From positions 1-62,105 of IMG/VR virus record IMGVR_UViG_3300037851_000372: 62,105 nt of DNA. One strand, given 5' to 3'. The stretch comes from a virus (lineage: Duplodnaviria; Caudoviricetes). Made by a program: the position numbers and the translations under genes. Below the pieces are notes generated by a model that was not told the DNA's origin, searched no databases, and saw only the letters and a program-made list of their open reading frames with translations. Below, in pieces: positions 19,669-28,954 of this stretch; the stretch's first letter is position 1, and every line of letters starts with the position of its first letter.

Positions 19669-20571
19669 ATGAACAACCTGATTCGACTACTGGAGCGTCA
19701 CCACGTTCAGTATCGGCAGGCAGGACAGGACAAGCATGTCACCAAGCAAGGCTGGCTCGGAGTCCCGTGCCCTTGGTGCGGGGGCTCTGCGTTCCACTTG
19801 GGCTTGCCCCCTGGGTCCATGCGAGCCAACTGCTGGAAGTGTGGCGGGAGGAACGCCGCCGCAGCCATCGCCCTGCTGTGCCGTGTAAGCGAGCGGGAGG
19901 CTGCGGCGGCTATTGGGTCGGGTCGACGTGTAATCGAGCCACAGAGCGAGGCTGTGGGCGTGTTGCGTCGGCCAACTGGTGTGGCGGAACTGTTGCCCCC
20001 GCACCGTCGCTATCTGGAGGGGCGTGGATTCGATCCAGACGTCATCGCTTCAACATGGGGCGTCCAGGGGCTTGGGCCGCAGGCGAAGCTGAAGTGGCGG
20101 CTCTACATTCCCATCTTCGACCGCAACGGAAGGGAGGTGTCGTGGACCACGCGCTCTATCTCAACGTCCGCTGAGCGACGGTATCGCAGTGCAAGTGAAG
20201 ACGAGGAGGCAGTTCCCCACAAGAGCCTGCTGTACGGCGCTCACCTTGCGGGGCGAGCGATCGTCATTGTGGAGGGGCCCATAGACGCTTGGGCCATAGG
20301 ACCCGGTGCTGTGGCAACGTGCGGGCTGAGCTACTCGCCAGCCCAGTTCGCAGCGATGTGCGAGTACCCGGTTCGTGTTGTCTGCTTCGACTCGACGCCG
20401 GATGCACAGGAACGGGCTGATAAACTGTGCTCGCGTCTGTCTGTGCTGGCTGGGCAGACGGAGAACGTCATGCTTGAAACTGGAGACGATGCGGCTGATG
20501 CGGACGCTGACGAGGTAGAAGAGCTGCGGCGGCGGTACCTTTGCAATGATGCTATTGGCGAATGCCGGTGA
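19669..20571 (+). CDS. DNA primase (Zn finger + TOPRIM)
   Basis: CPWC...CWKCG zinc finger; IVEGPIDAW and CFD TOPRIM motifs. Confidence 0.88.
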   Translation: MNNLIRLLERHHVQYRQAGQDKHVTKQGWLGVPCPWCGGSAFHLGLPPGSMRANCWKCGGRNAAAAIALLCRVSEREAAAAIGSGRRVIEPQSEAVGVLRRPTGVAELLPPHRRYLEGRGFDPDVIASTWGVQGLGPQAKLKWRLYIPIFDRNGREVSWTTRSISTSAERRYRSASEDEEAVPHKSLLYGAHLAGRAIVIVEGPIDAWAIGPGAVATCGLSYSPAQFAAMCEYPVRVVCFDSTPDAQERADKLCSRLSVLAGQTENVMLETGDDAADADADEVEELRRRYLCNDAIGECR

Positions 20572-20583
20572 GCGACGTACACT
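20555..20583 (+). promoter_or_regulatory. Putative promoter of the initiator leader
   Basis: TTGGCG-17-TACACT, placing the start site near 20590 where the structured leader begins. Confidence 0.5.
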
Positions 20584-20590
20584 GCGGTCA

Positions 20591-20720
20591 TTGCCACAGT
20601 TGACGTAACGGTTCGCCGAACAGGGTCCAAGGTGCTCTACACCTTGTTGATCCGGCCGGTGGGTGCCGTTGCGTTGACTGTGGCAAGTCTTCTACACACC
20701 CACCGGCCCTTTTCATTTTC
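20591..20720 (+). ncRNA. Structured 5' leader (attenuator/switch-like) upstream of the initiator gene
   Basis: 21-bp helix 20591-20611/20666-20686 with three G-U pairs; 12-bp helix 20654-20665/20697-20708 followed by a T-rich tract. Confidence 0.6.
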
Positions 20721-20730
20721 AGGAGCACAC

Positions 20731-21840
20731 ATGGCGGACGAGTATGACGACGAGCTAGATCCAAAGGACGCGGAGACGGAAGTCGTCGAGCAAGGTGCCC
20801 GTACCAACTTCACAATGATGCCGAATTGCATCTGGTCAATGGCATCCCTATCCAACTCAGCAGCGCGTCTCTACATGGTCTACAAAGGAGTCTGTGGCGA
20901 CGGGGGTGGAGTGTGTTGGGCAAGCGACGCGACCATATCACAGATCGTTGGTGCCCTGTCACCCAACACGATCATCAAGGCTCGCAAGGAGCTAGTCGAC
21001 TTGGGACTGGTCAAGGTCAAGCGCATCGCTCGCTCTGGAGGAGGGCATCGTCTGCGGGTCACCATCATAGACATCTGGTCCCATAACGGCATTCAGGAGT
21101 CACCACTCAAGACGAAGAAGCCCACACCACCACCGCAAAAATTGCGTGACGAACCGACCCGCAAAAATTGCGGTTCGACCGACGCAAAAATTGTGGTTAG
21201 CCCGACGCAAAAATTGCGGACAACTAATACTACAGTGAATAAAACTACAGCAAAAATACTGTCTCCTGGCGGAGACGGTGCGATGATGGGAGAGGGATTC
21301 CTCAAGGAGAAGGCGGCTGGTCCAGACGACGCAATGATCGCCGCAAGGCGTCTCTACGATGGGCTTGCCGCTAAGAGAAAGATCATGCGGCCACCAAATA
21401 TGACAGCATGGGCGGCCGCCATTCGCAAGTTTCTAAAGACAAGTGGTCTGTCGCCAGTCGAGTTCATTGCCGTCATGAACTGGTACATTGACAACCTGAC
21501 GAGACCGTTTGTCCCGCTCGCTTTCAGTGCAAGTGCCTTTGTCGACAAGTACGTTCAGATCGAGACCGCGATGAGCCGTTTGCAACATGCTGAGCAGGCA
21601 GGTCTGTTGTCCGTAGATGAGACGCTTGCTCTCATTGCTCAGCGGGGCAATGGGGCACCTGCCAAGCCCCGCAAGAAGGAAGAAGAGAAGGTCTGGCGGG
21701 TAGAGATGTCCGCAGGCGAACTGGCTGCTTGGGAAGCGAACCAAGCAGAGGAGGACCGCATCAAGGCTGAGGAGGATGCCGAGTACCGACGTCAGGAGCG
21801 AGCGAAGCGACAGAAGAAGAAGGAGGCCAGTCGTGGCTGA
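20731..21840 (+). CDS. Replication initiator (lambda O-like, N-terminal wHTH)
   Basis: NFTMMPN...LSNSAARLY...CWASDATI...TIIKARKELVDLGLV wHTH; internal iterons; followed by loader-like and helicase genes. Confidence 0.8.
   Translation: MADEYDDELDPKDAETEVVEQGARTNFTMMPNCIWSMASLSNSAARLYMVYKGVCGDGGGVCWASDATISQIVGALSPNTIIKARKELVDLGLVKVKRIARSGGGHRLRVTIIDIWSHNGIQESPLKTKKPTPPPQKLRDEPTRKNCGSTDAKIVVSPTQKLRTTNTTVNKTTAKILSPGGDGAMMGEGFLKEKAAGPDDAMIAARRLYDGLAAKRKIMRPPNMTAWAAAIRKFLKTSGLSPVEFIAVMNWYIDNLTRPFVPLAFSASAFVDKYVQIETAMSRLQHAEQAGLLSVDETLALIAQRGNGAPAKPRKKEEEKVWRVEMSAGELAAWEANQAEEDRIKAEEDAEYRRQERAKRQKKKEASRG
21134..21260. repeat. Putative replication origin: four iterons plus AT-rich tract
   Basis: CGCAAAAATTGCG at 21134, 21160, 21183 (one mismatch) and 21206, then AT-rich 21221-21260. 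Confidence 0.8.
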
Positions 21841-22135
21841 CAGAGTGGCTCTGCTGATCGCCATTGCTGATGCGATGGGACGTCGATTGAGCCAGTCCGC
21901 AGCTCAGCTCATGGTGGAGTCGATTCCTGATGTTGACGACGACGTGCTGATGGCTGCTGGCAAGCGTATGATCAAGGAGAGCGACCGCTTCTCATTTCCG
22001 CTCTTCTTGCAATTGATAGACGAGACCGTTGCCACAAAGCCGTTCGAGGCAGCTCCAAGCAACGATCCCGATGGCGTCATGTCCCGCATCCGACGACAAC
22101 TAGACATTCCAGATGCGGAGGAAGACGAAGAATGA
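21833..22135 (+). CDS. Putative helicase loader/inhibitor-like protein
   Basis: Small helical protein between initiator and helicase; RBS AAGGAGG, GTG start. Confidence 0.5.
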   Translation: MADRVALLIAIADAMGRRLSQSAAQLMVESIPDVDDDVLMAAGKRMIKESDRFSFPLFLQLIDETVATKPFEAAPSNDPDGVMSRIRRQLDIPDAEEDEE

Positions 22136-23505
22136 AGACGAGGAAGTACGACGGGTCCGACTTGCGCCGTGTGCTGGCTGCAATGGTCACCAACGACGTT
22201 GTCTGTGCTCGTATTGCATCGCAGTGGACAGACGATGGGCTGTTCAACGTGCCGTGGGCTGACTTGGTTGGCGGGATGGTGGTGCGCCACTATCGCAAGT
22301 ACCAGAAGCCTCCAGGCGATAAGATGGTCGCCATCTTTGAGCGTTGGTCTGACACCACTGCCTCTGATGACAAGACGGTTGCGTCGGTTGAGAAGTTCCT
22401 GTTCGACCTCTCCGATATGTCGGATGAGGTGAAGGATGCGGAGCCCCAGTATCTGCTGGACACGTCCGCCACTGTGTTCAATCGAGCAAGGGTGGAGCGG
22501 GAGCTAGAGGCAGCCAAGTTGGAGCTGGAGCGGGGTGATACAGACGCTGCTGTGGCACGACTTGCCACACCCGCTGTCAACTTGGGTATCGGGTCGTATG
22601 CGGACCTTGCTGACGACGTGTCTGTGTGGGAGCAGTCGTTCAACCCCAACCGCTCAAAGGCACTGGTGAGGTATCGTGGAGCTCTTGGCAAGTTCGTCGG
22701 CGAGGCGTTCACTCGGGGCAGTTTCTACTCGTTCATGGCGAGCGAGAAGGTGGGCAAGACGACGTTCCTGCTGGACCTGCTGTACCGATCAGCCCGCGCC
22801 CGTTGTCGTGTGGCCTTCTTCGATTGCGGCGACTCCATCCAGGACGAGCTGGTTGAGCGGATCGCGTTGCGAGCATCGGGCTTGCCCCGGTACCCAGGGA
22901 CGTACAAGGTGCCCGTCGAATGGAAGAAGGGGGAGGACCTGCCTACGTTCGCGGAGGTGAACATGCCTGGGGTGGAGTCGATTGAGGCCTTCCGAGCCTT
23001 CCGTCGCGTCTGCCGCAATAGGAATCACGTCAGGTTGTCATGCCACCCGAGCGGTACGCTCGGGGTGTCCGATATCGAAGGCCAGCTCACTTCGTGGGCA
23101 CGGGAAGGCTGGCAGGCGGACGTGGTGCTGGTCGACTACGCTGACATCCTTGCCCCTCCCAAGGGAGTGAAGGACAAGATGGACCAGATTGACGAAACGT
23201 GGCTTGCCCTTCGCCGCCTGTCACAGCGGTTCAGTGTGTTCCTCTGCACTGCCACTCAGGTTTCTGCACTGGCCTACGGCACGGACGGGGCACTGATGTC
23301 GCAGAAGCATTTCCAGGGTAGGCGTACCAAGTTCGCTCATGTCAACGGCATTCTCGGCATCAACGTGTCAAGCGATGAGAAGCGAATGGGTATGGCTCGC
23401 ATCAACTGGATCGTCCGCCGAGGGGCTCAGTACAACGTGAAGGACTTTGTCCGGGTCGTCGGCTGCCCGTTTCTCGGGTCGCCGATCATCTACAGCCAGC
23501 GGTGA
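22132..23505 (+). CDS. DnaB-like replicative helicase
   Basis: Walker A ASEKVGKT, VLVDYADIL and ATQ motifs. Confidence 0.88.
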   Translation: MKTRKYDGSDLRRVLAAMVTNDVVCARIASQWTDDGLFNVPWADLVGGMVVRHYRKYQKPPGDKMVAIFERWSDTTASDDKTVASVEKFLFDLSDMSDEVKDAEPQYLLDTSATVFNRARVERELEAAKLELERGDTDAAVARLATPAVNLGIGSYADLADDVSVWEQSFNPNRSKALVRYRGALGKFVGEAFTRGSFYSFMASEKVGKTTFLLDLLYRSARARCRVAFFDCGDSIQDELVERIALRASGLPRYPGTYKVPVEWKKGEDLPTFAEVNMPGVESIEAFRAFRRVCRNRNHVRLSCHPSGTLGVSDIEGQLTSWAREGWQADVVLVDYADILAPPKGVKDKMDQIDETWLALRRLSQRFSVFLCTATQVSALAYGTDGALMSQKHFQGRRTKFAHVNGILGINVSSDEKRMGMARINWIVRRGAQYNVKDFVRVVGCPFLGSPIIYSQR

Positions 23506-23580
23506 ATTTTCTTTCCAAGTTGGGTATAAAGATCTTGACGGTATTGCAGTCACACCAACAGAAGAACGGAGAGTCAAGCG

Positions 23581-24366
23581 ATGGCTGACACGATGACGAT
23601 TGACCGGGACGAGGCACTGGCTCTGATCTGCCACGCGGGGTGGAAGAACGGGGCGAAGTGGGACAACACGCGACTGGCTTCCAAGCTGGCGCAGCTCCCA
23701 GACGTGCTGATGGCAGGAGCCGACGAACCGGAAGACAAGGATGTCGCCAAGTCTCTTGCCGCTGTGCTCAAGCATGTGAGCGGTGGCGGGACGATGGAGG
23801 TTGTTGATGCGGAGAAGTCGGAAGACGCTTCGGAAGCGGTTGCCCCTTCGAAGCCGGCCAAGGCACCCGCAACGAGTAAGGCTAAGAAGGAGAAGGCCAA
23901 GCCTGCAACGGACGAGTCGGTGGAGCCCGAAGCTGACTTGGAGCCTGCCCCAAAGCCCTCCGCCAAGAAGTCAAAGCCCGCTGCCAAGCCGGCCAAGACT
24001 CCGCGAGCGGAGAAGGTGACTCGATGGGCGTTCGCTGCCATGCTGCTGAAGAAGCATGGGCTGGACGTGGAGATCAACGAAGCTCTTGTGAGCAAGTTGG
24101 ACTCGGCGTACGGTAAGGTCAACCCGCGTGAGTCCAAGGTCTGCTTGGCAGGAGCTCAGAAGATCCTGCGGAGCTACGTTGGAGGTGATGTGGATGCGAA
24201 GAGCCTTCACTCCATCTGTGGTGCGGTGTGCAAGCGATTCGGCAGCAAGGCCAATACGGAGAAGGGACACGCCTACTTCGAAAAGCTGAGGGGCGAGGCG
24301 GCTTCTTGCATGGCCGAGTATATTGGGTTCGCCTTGCTGGTCACGGCCGCGTACGACAAGGAATGA
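23581..24366 (+). CDS. Hypothetical protein with Pro/Ala/Lys-rich linker
   Basis: 261 aa, two globular parts joined by PAK repeats. Confidence 0.65.
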   Translation: MADTMTIDRDEALALICHAGWKNGAKWDNTRLASKLAQLPDVLMAGADEPEDKDVAKSLAAVLKHVSGGGTMEVVDAEKSEDASEAVAPSKPAKAPATSKAKKEKAKPATDESVEPEADLEPAPKPSAKKSKPAAKPAKTPRAEKVTRWAFAAMLLKKHGLDVEINEALVSKLDSAYGKVNPRESKVCLAGAQKILRSYVGGDVDAKSLHSICGAVCKRFGSKANTEKGHAYFEKLRGEAASCMAEYIGFALLVTAAYDKE

Positions 24367-24389
24367 TTCCAAGCCCAGTCTCCTGAGGA

Positions 24390-24851
24390 ATGACGATGCA
24401 GATCACACGCCGACTCGAGTTTGATTACGGACACCGTGTACTGAACCATGAAGGCAAGTGTAGGCACCTACACGGGCATCGCGGGGTGGTGGAGGTGGTT
24501 GCTGCCTCCCCGGACTTGGACTCGATCGGTCGTGTGATCGATTTCTCTGAAGTGAAGCGGATCGTCGGCGGTTGGATTGACGAGGAGCTTGATCACAACA
24601 TGCTGCTCCACCCCGACGACCCGCTTGCCACGCGCCACTCCGCTGTGGAGCTGGTTGGAAGGCTCCCGTTCATTATGCCCCGTCACTTGTCCAATCCGAC
24701 AGCCGAGAACCTTGCTCAGCTGGTGTACGAGAAGGCGAACGAACTGCTCGCCAGCCGTGGAATCAAAGTCGTTCGGGTACGTTTCTATGAGACTCCAAAC
24801 GGCTGGTCGGACTACCCCGGCCTTCCCTTGACTCGAAGTGAGGTTTCCTGA
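24390..24851 (+). CDS. queD: 6-carboxytetrahydropterin synthase
   Basis: FDYGHR, CRHLHGH, DFSEVK, LDH, PTAENLA and YETP motifs. Confidence 0.95.
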   Translation: MTMQITRRLEFDYGHRVLNHEGKCRHLHGHRGVVEVVAASPDLDSIGRVIDFSEVKRIVGGWIDEELDHNMLLHPDDPLATRHSAVELVGRLPFIMPRHLSNPTAENLAQLVYEKANELLASRGIKVVRVRFYETPNGWSDYPGLPLTRSEVS

Positions 24852-26251
24852 TGTGTGGACTTGCTGGTGGGTACGTGACTCCATTGCTGTCCATGGACTT
24901 GCTGGTGGACGTGTTGCAAGCCACGGAGAACCGGGGTCAGGACAGTTTCGGATTCTACTGGACCAACATCGACAGGACGAAGACGCAGGTCACACGCTCG
25001 CTCACGCCGCCGTGGCAACGGACGAGTGACTTTGCAACCATGCTGCCGTACGACGAGCCGTTTTTGTTCATTGCTCATGCACGGGCGGAGCCAACGACGG
25101 AGCGGGTGGACAAGAAGAGGATCCAGGACATACAACCGTTCGAGTACGGCGGGTGGATGGTCGGCCACAACGGGACGATCGCAAACGACAAAGCGCTCTG
25201 TCAGCAGCACGGTTGGCATCCGGACACGAACATCGATAGCGTCGTACTGCCGTACCTGTTCTCTGAGCTTGGCGACGTGGGCGGGTTTGACCAGATCACT
25301 GGCTCCTATGCGTTGCTGGCAATAGGTCCAGGACGCGGGGTGCTGCAATTCGCAGTCAACTATCGACCGCTCTACTATGTGAGGCATCTGCCGTCTGGTT
25401 CCATCTTCATTGTCAGCGACCCGACTCCGTTCGTTGGGCATGGTGTGGGTCGCATGGGTGAGTGGCAAGTGGAAGCGATACCGGCATACCACAAAGGATT
25501 CGTCCAGCCCGGCCTCAGCCCGCCCGTGTCGCTGACGCCCATCGGCACGTTCAAGGGTCAGCAGTCTAATGAGGCGCTGGTCGTGTGTAGCGGTGGACTT
25601 GATTCGGTGGTCGTGGCGGCCGAGATGGCGAAGGATGGTCATGACGTTACGCTGCTCCACTACGAGTACGGGTGCCGTGCTACTGCTCGCGAGAAGAGAG
25701 CCATCCGCGACATCTGTGCTCGCATGGGGTGGAAGTCGATCGTGGTTCCGCTTGGAGACCTCTTCACTACCATCATCGGGGCAAGCCCGTTGGTGGGGGC
25801 GGGCACAGTCAACCTGGAGGGTGATGGGGAGGCAGGCGCAGAGTTTGCTCACGAGTGGGTCCCAGCTCGGAACCTTGTCATGCTGTCCATCGCTGTTGCG
25901 ATTGCGGAGGCGAAGGGCATCCCGAAGCTGGCCTTGGGCATCAACATCGAAGAGGCAGGGGCGTACCCGGACAACGAAGCCGAGTTTGTAAGACGCCTCA
26001 ACCGGGTGCTCCCGTTCGCAGTGAAGGCTGACCGTAGCGTCGAGATACTGATGCCGGTGGCCAACAAAGTGAAACACGAGATCGTTCTTATGGGGCTGAT
26101 GAATGGAGCTCCCTTGGACCTCACTTGGTCCTGCTACGAAGGTGGCGACAAGCATTGCGGCAAGTGTGGGCCCTGCTACATGCGCCGCGTCGCGTTCTCG
26201 ATGAACGGTGTGAGTGACCCTTGCTTTGAACCCGGGAGTGAAGAGGAATGA
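24851..26251 (+). CDS. gat-queC: Class II glutamine amidotransferase-QueC fusion (Gat-QueC)
   Basis: N-terminal MCG, RGQD, HARA and HNGTIAN GAT motifs; QueC SGGLDS, VPARN, YPD and SCY..HCGKCGPC motifs. Confidence 0.93.
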   Translation: MCGLAGGYVTPLLSMDLLVDVLQATENRGQDSFGFYWTNIDRTKTQVTRSLTPPWQRTSDFATMLPYDEPFLFIAHARAEPTTERVDKKRIQDIQPFEYGGWMVGHNGTIANDKALCQQHGWHPDTNIDSVVLPYLFSELGDVGGFDQITGSYALLAIGPGRGVLQFAVNYRPLYYVRHLPSGSIFIVSDPTPFVGHGVGRMGEWQVEAIPAYHKGFVQPGLSPPVSLTPIGTFKGQQSNEALVVCSGGLDSVVVAAEMAKDGHDVTLLHYEYGCRATAREKRAIRDICARMGWKSIVVPLGDLFTTIIGASPLVGAGTVNLEGDGEAGAEFAHEWVPARNLVMLSIAVAIAEAKGIPKLALGINIEEAGAYPDNEAEFVRRLNRVLPFAVKADRSVEILMPVANKVKHEIVLMGLMNGAPLDLTWSCYEGGDKHCGKCGPCYMRRVAFSMNGVSDPCFEPGSEEE

Positions 26252-26943
26252 CAGGGATCGTCAACGTCCAGCCGCAAGAAGGCCTGGACCAGCGGGATGA
26301 TGGAGCGGTGGAGGTCCATTCGATATGGGACACGATGCAAGGGGAGGGGCCGTACGCTGGCACTCCAGCCACCTTCGTTCGACTGACGGGGTGCAACCTA
26401 GCCTGCCGTCTGTGCGACACGGAGTACACGGGCACTCGCGATCTGCTCATTCCGAACAAGGTGCTGGAGCGTGTCAACCAGCTGCCCCGTCGCAAGCTGG
26501 TGGTGATTACAGGAGGCGAGCCGTTTCGCCAGAACATCATCCCGCTCGTAGCGTGTCTGCTTCGCTCTGGTCGTGACGTTCAGATAGAGACCAACGGAAC
26601 TGTCTTCCTGTCCATGTCGGATGTGATGTCTGCGGTGGTAGTGTGCTCACCCAAGACTCCAAGAATCAACGACCAGATGTGGAGGAACATCAGCTGCCTG
26701 AAGTATGTTGTCCAGGACGGGCAAGTGGATCCCGAGGACGGGTTGCCACTGTCGTCTGTTGGTCCACAGTACGGGAGGCCAGCAAGGCCGCCTGCAAACT
26801 GGAAGGGCGAGATCTATGTTCAGCCGCTTGATGAGCAGGATGCGGAACGCAACGAAGCTCACCTCAAGCAGGCAGTGGCATCGTGTATGAAGTTCGGATA
26901 CCGTCTGTGTCTACAGACCCATAAGATGGTGGGGTTGCCTTGA
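26248..26943 (+). CDS. queE: 7-carboxy-7-deazaguanine synthase (radical SAM)
   Basis: [28 protein letters not shown] and QTHK motifs. Confidence 0.95.
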   Translation: MTGIVNVQPQEGLDQRDDGAVEVHSIWDTMQGEGPYAGTPATFVRLTGCNLACRLCDTEYTGTRDLLIPNKVLERVNQLPRRKLVVITGGEPFRQNIIPLVACLLRSGRDVQIETNGTVFLSMSDVMSAVVVCSPKTPRINDQMWRNISCLKYVVQDGQVDPEDGLPLSSVGPQYGRPARPPANWKGEIYVQPLDEQDAERNEAHLKQAVASCMKFGYRLCLQTHKMVGLP

Positions 26944-27521
26944 GCGATATCACTTTGAAGACGAGGGAGAACTACGCGAAGGGCGCGGTTCGTGAGCTGC
27001 TGAAGTTCATTGGAGAGGACCCGGATCGGGAAGGCTTGCTTGAGACGCCCCATCGCGTCGTCAAGAGCTATGCTGACCTCTTTTCCGGCTATCAGTACGA
27101 CACGGACGACAAGATCGCTGCTGTGCTGAAGGTGTTCGAAGACGGCGCGTGTGACGAGATGGTCCTGCTCAAGGACATCGAGTTTGTTTCGTTCTGCGAG
27201 CATCACCTCCTTCCGTTCATTGGCAAGGCACACATCGCCTACCTGCCAAACGGGAAGGTAGTGGGCATCTCGAAGCTCGCTCGGATCCTGGATGTGTACG
27301 CCCGCCGCTTGCAGATCCAGGAGCGACTCACTCAGCAAGTGACGTCTGCCCTGGACAAGTACCTCAACCCGCTCGGGTCCGCTTGCGTGGTTGAAGCTCA
27401 CCACCAGTGTATGAGCTGCCGTGGAGTCATGAAGCAGAACTCAGTGATGGTGACGTCGTCACTCACCGGCCAGTTCCGCGAGCCCGAAGTGCGGTCCGAG
27501 TTCTTCCACCTGATTCGGTAA
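26940..27521 (+). CDS. folE: GTP cyclohydrolase I
   Basis: [30 protein letters not shown] and HQCMSCRG motifs. Confidence 0.97.
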   Translation: MSDITLKTRENYAKGAVRELLKFIGEDPDREGLLETPHRVVKSYADLFSGYQYDTDDKIAAVLKVFEDGACDEMVLLKDIEFVSFCEHHLLPFIGKAHIAYLPNGKVVGISKLARILDVYARRLQIQERLTQQVTSALDKYLNPLGSACVVEAHHQCMSCRGVMKQNSVMVTSSLTGQFREPEVRSEFFHLIR

Positions 27522-27527
27522 TCGCTC

Positions 27528-28559
27528 ATGACCAAGATCATGCTCGACTCGGGCGCCTTCACGGTGTGGACTAAGGGTGCTCGTATAGACCTGGACTCGT
27601 ATATCGAGTTCTGCCTGGCTCACCCCCAGGTGGACGTCTACATCAACTTGGACGTCATACCAGGCAGCCCGAAGGTGAGCAAGCCGCCCACGCCCCAGGA
27701 GGTGGACGACTGTGCGAAGGAGACGTGGAAGAACTACCTCAAGATGATACGACGCTTGCCCATCGAGAAAGTGATGGGGGTGTACCACCAAGGCGAGTCC
27801 ATGAAGTGGCTTGAGCGGTACCTTGATTTCAAGGCGCCGTATGTGGGGCTAGGCAACGTGGCGATGGCAATGGAAGAGAACAGGCTTGCCTGGTTTCGCA
27901 GCGTCCGCTCCATGCTGATGGGGAGCGACGGCAAGGCAGTCACCAAGCTACATGGGCTCGGGGTGACGTCGTTTCGCAGTATGAAAGCGATGCCCTGGTA
28001 CTCTGTTGACAGCGCCTCTTGGATTCGTTCAGCAAGCTACGGCACTGTCTACGTCCCGATGATGCGGAAGGGCGAGCCTCAATACGATGTCTCCCCGTTC
28101 CTGCTCAACGTGAGTCCCAAGTCGCCAAGTGTGGACGACTGGGGCAAGCATATCACCACGCTCTCCCCTACCCTTCGCAAGCAGGTTCTCGACTACTTTG
28201 CCACGCTCAAGATGCCCCTTGGATCGTTTGAGGAGGTGGCAGTGCCGAAGGGGTACAAGAGGCAGAGCGGGGAGTATTGGACGGACAAGACGAAGACGAA
28301 GATCTACCGCACAGTCGTCATGGGCTTGTCAACCGATCACCACCGCCGCTTCTGGACGAACGCTCGCTTCATCCGACGTGCGAATGAGGTGCTGCCCATC
28401 GTTGACATCTACTTCGCAGGTGCTCCAGGGTCGACGACGGTAAAGGTGGAGGACAGTTTGGGTAGGCGGCTGTTCTCCTACCACGACGTCTCCAAGGAGT
28501 CGACGAAGTCGTATCGCACGTTCTGTCGCCACATTGAACTGAAGGGAGTCGCAGCATGA
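27528..28559 (+). CDS. dpdA: DpdA-like deazaguanine DNA transglycosylase (TGT fold)
   Basis: LDSGAF, LDVI, VYHQG, LHGLG and SVDSASW TGT-like motifs at the end of the que cluster. Confidence 0.8.
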   Translation: MTKIMLDSGAFTVWTKGARIDLDSYIEFCLAHPQVDVYINLDVIPGSPKVSKPPTPQEVDDCAKETWKNYLKMIRRLPIEKVMGVYHQGESMKWLERYLDFKAPYVGLGNVAMAMEENRLAWFRSVRSMLMGSDGKAVTKLHGLGVTSFRSMKAMPWYSVDSASWIRSASYGTVYVPMMRKGEPQYDVSPFLLNVSPKSPSVDDWGKHITTLSPTLRKQVLDYFATLKMPLGSFEEVAVPKGYKRQSGEYWTDKTKTKIYRTVVMGLSTDHHRRFWTNARFIRRANEVLPIVDIYFAGAPGSTTVKVEDSLGRRLFSYHDVSKESTKSYRTFCRHIELKGVAA

Positions 28560-28954
28560 TCACCGCAGAGGTTGAGATCGATGCCCTGTTTCAAATGGTG
28601 CTCCCATGTACTTGTCAAGACGAGTACGACAGGGCACTGGTTCGGTGGAGTGAGCTGTTTGATAGGGGTCACACGCAGAAGCTGAAGATGGCTGAGCAGG
28701 TGCTGCGGCGTCGTGTGCTGCGACGGACCGATTATGTGCCCAACTCGGACATGAGGGAGAACCGTGAGGGGTACCCATGGACGTGGGCTGAGGATCGTAT
28801 TCTCGACATCGCATTCGAGTCGCAGAATGCCGAGAGCAAGGAGCCAGTGACGGTTGAGTACGTTGCGACCATTCTCAATAGACCCCCGAAGGAGGTCGCT
28901 GATCACATGGAGTACAGACGGACGGTCAAACTTGGAATGAAAGGGTTCTTCTGA
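28556..28954 (+). CDS. Hypothetical protein with Myb/HTH-like segment
   Basis: PWTWAEDRIL...VATILNRPPKEV; ends KGFF. Confidence 0.55.
   Translation: MITAEVEIDALFQMVLPCTCQDEYDRALVRWSELFDRGHTQKLKMAEQVLRRRVLRRTDYVPNSDMRENREGYPWTWAEDRILDIAFESQNAESKEPVTVEYVATILNRPPKEVADHMEYRRTVKLGMKGFF

Noticed and set aside
20591-20708. tRNA gene in the structured intergenic region
   Set aside because: No T-loop or anticodon arm geometry; helices are too long. No tRNA was recognised anywhere in the window by eye
21134-21218. Four 13-bp repeats as a mini-CRISPR
   Set aside because: Repeats and 10-13 bp gaps are too short; location inside an initiator gene fits iterons
23500-23580. Promoter upstream of the que operon
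   Set aside because: AT-rich and contains TATAAA and TTGACG, but not in a convincing -35/-10 order and spacing
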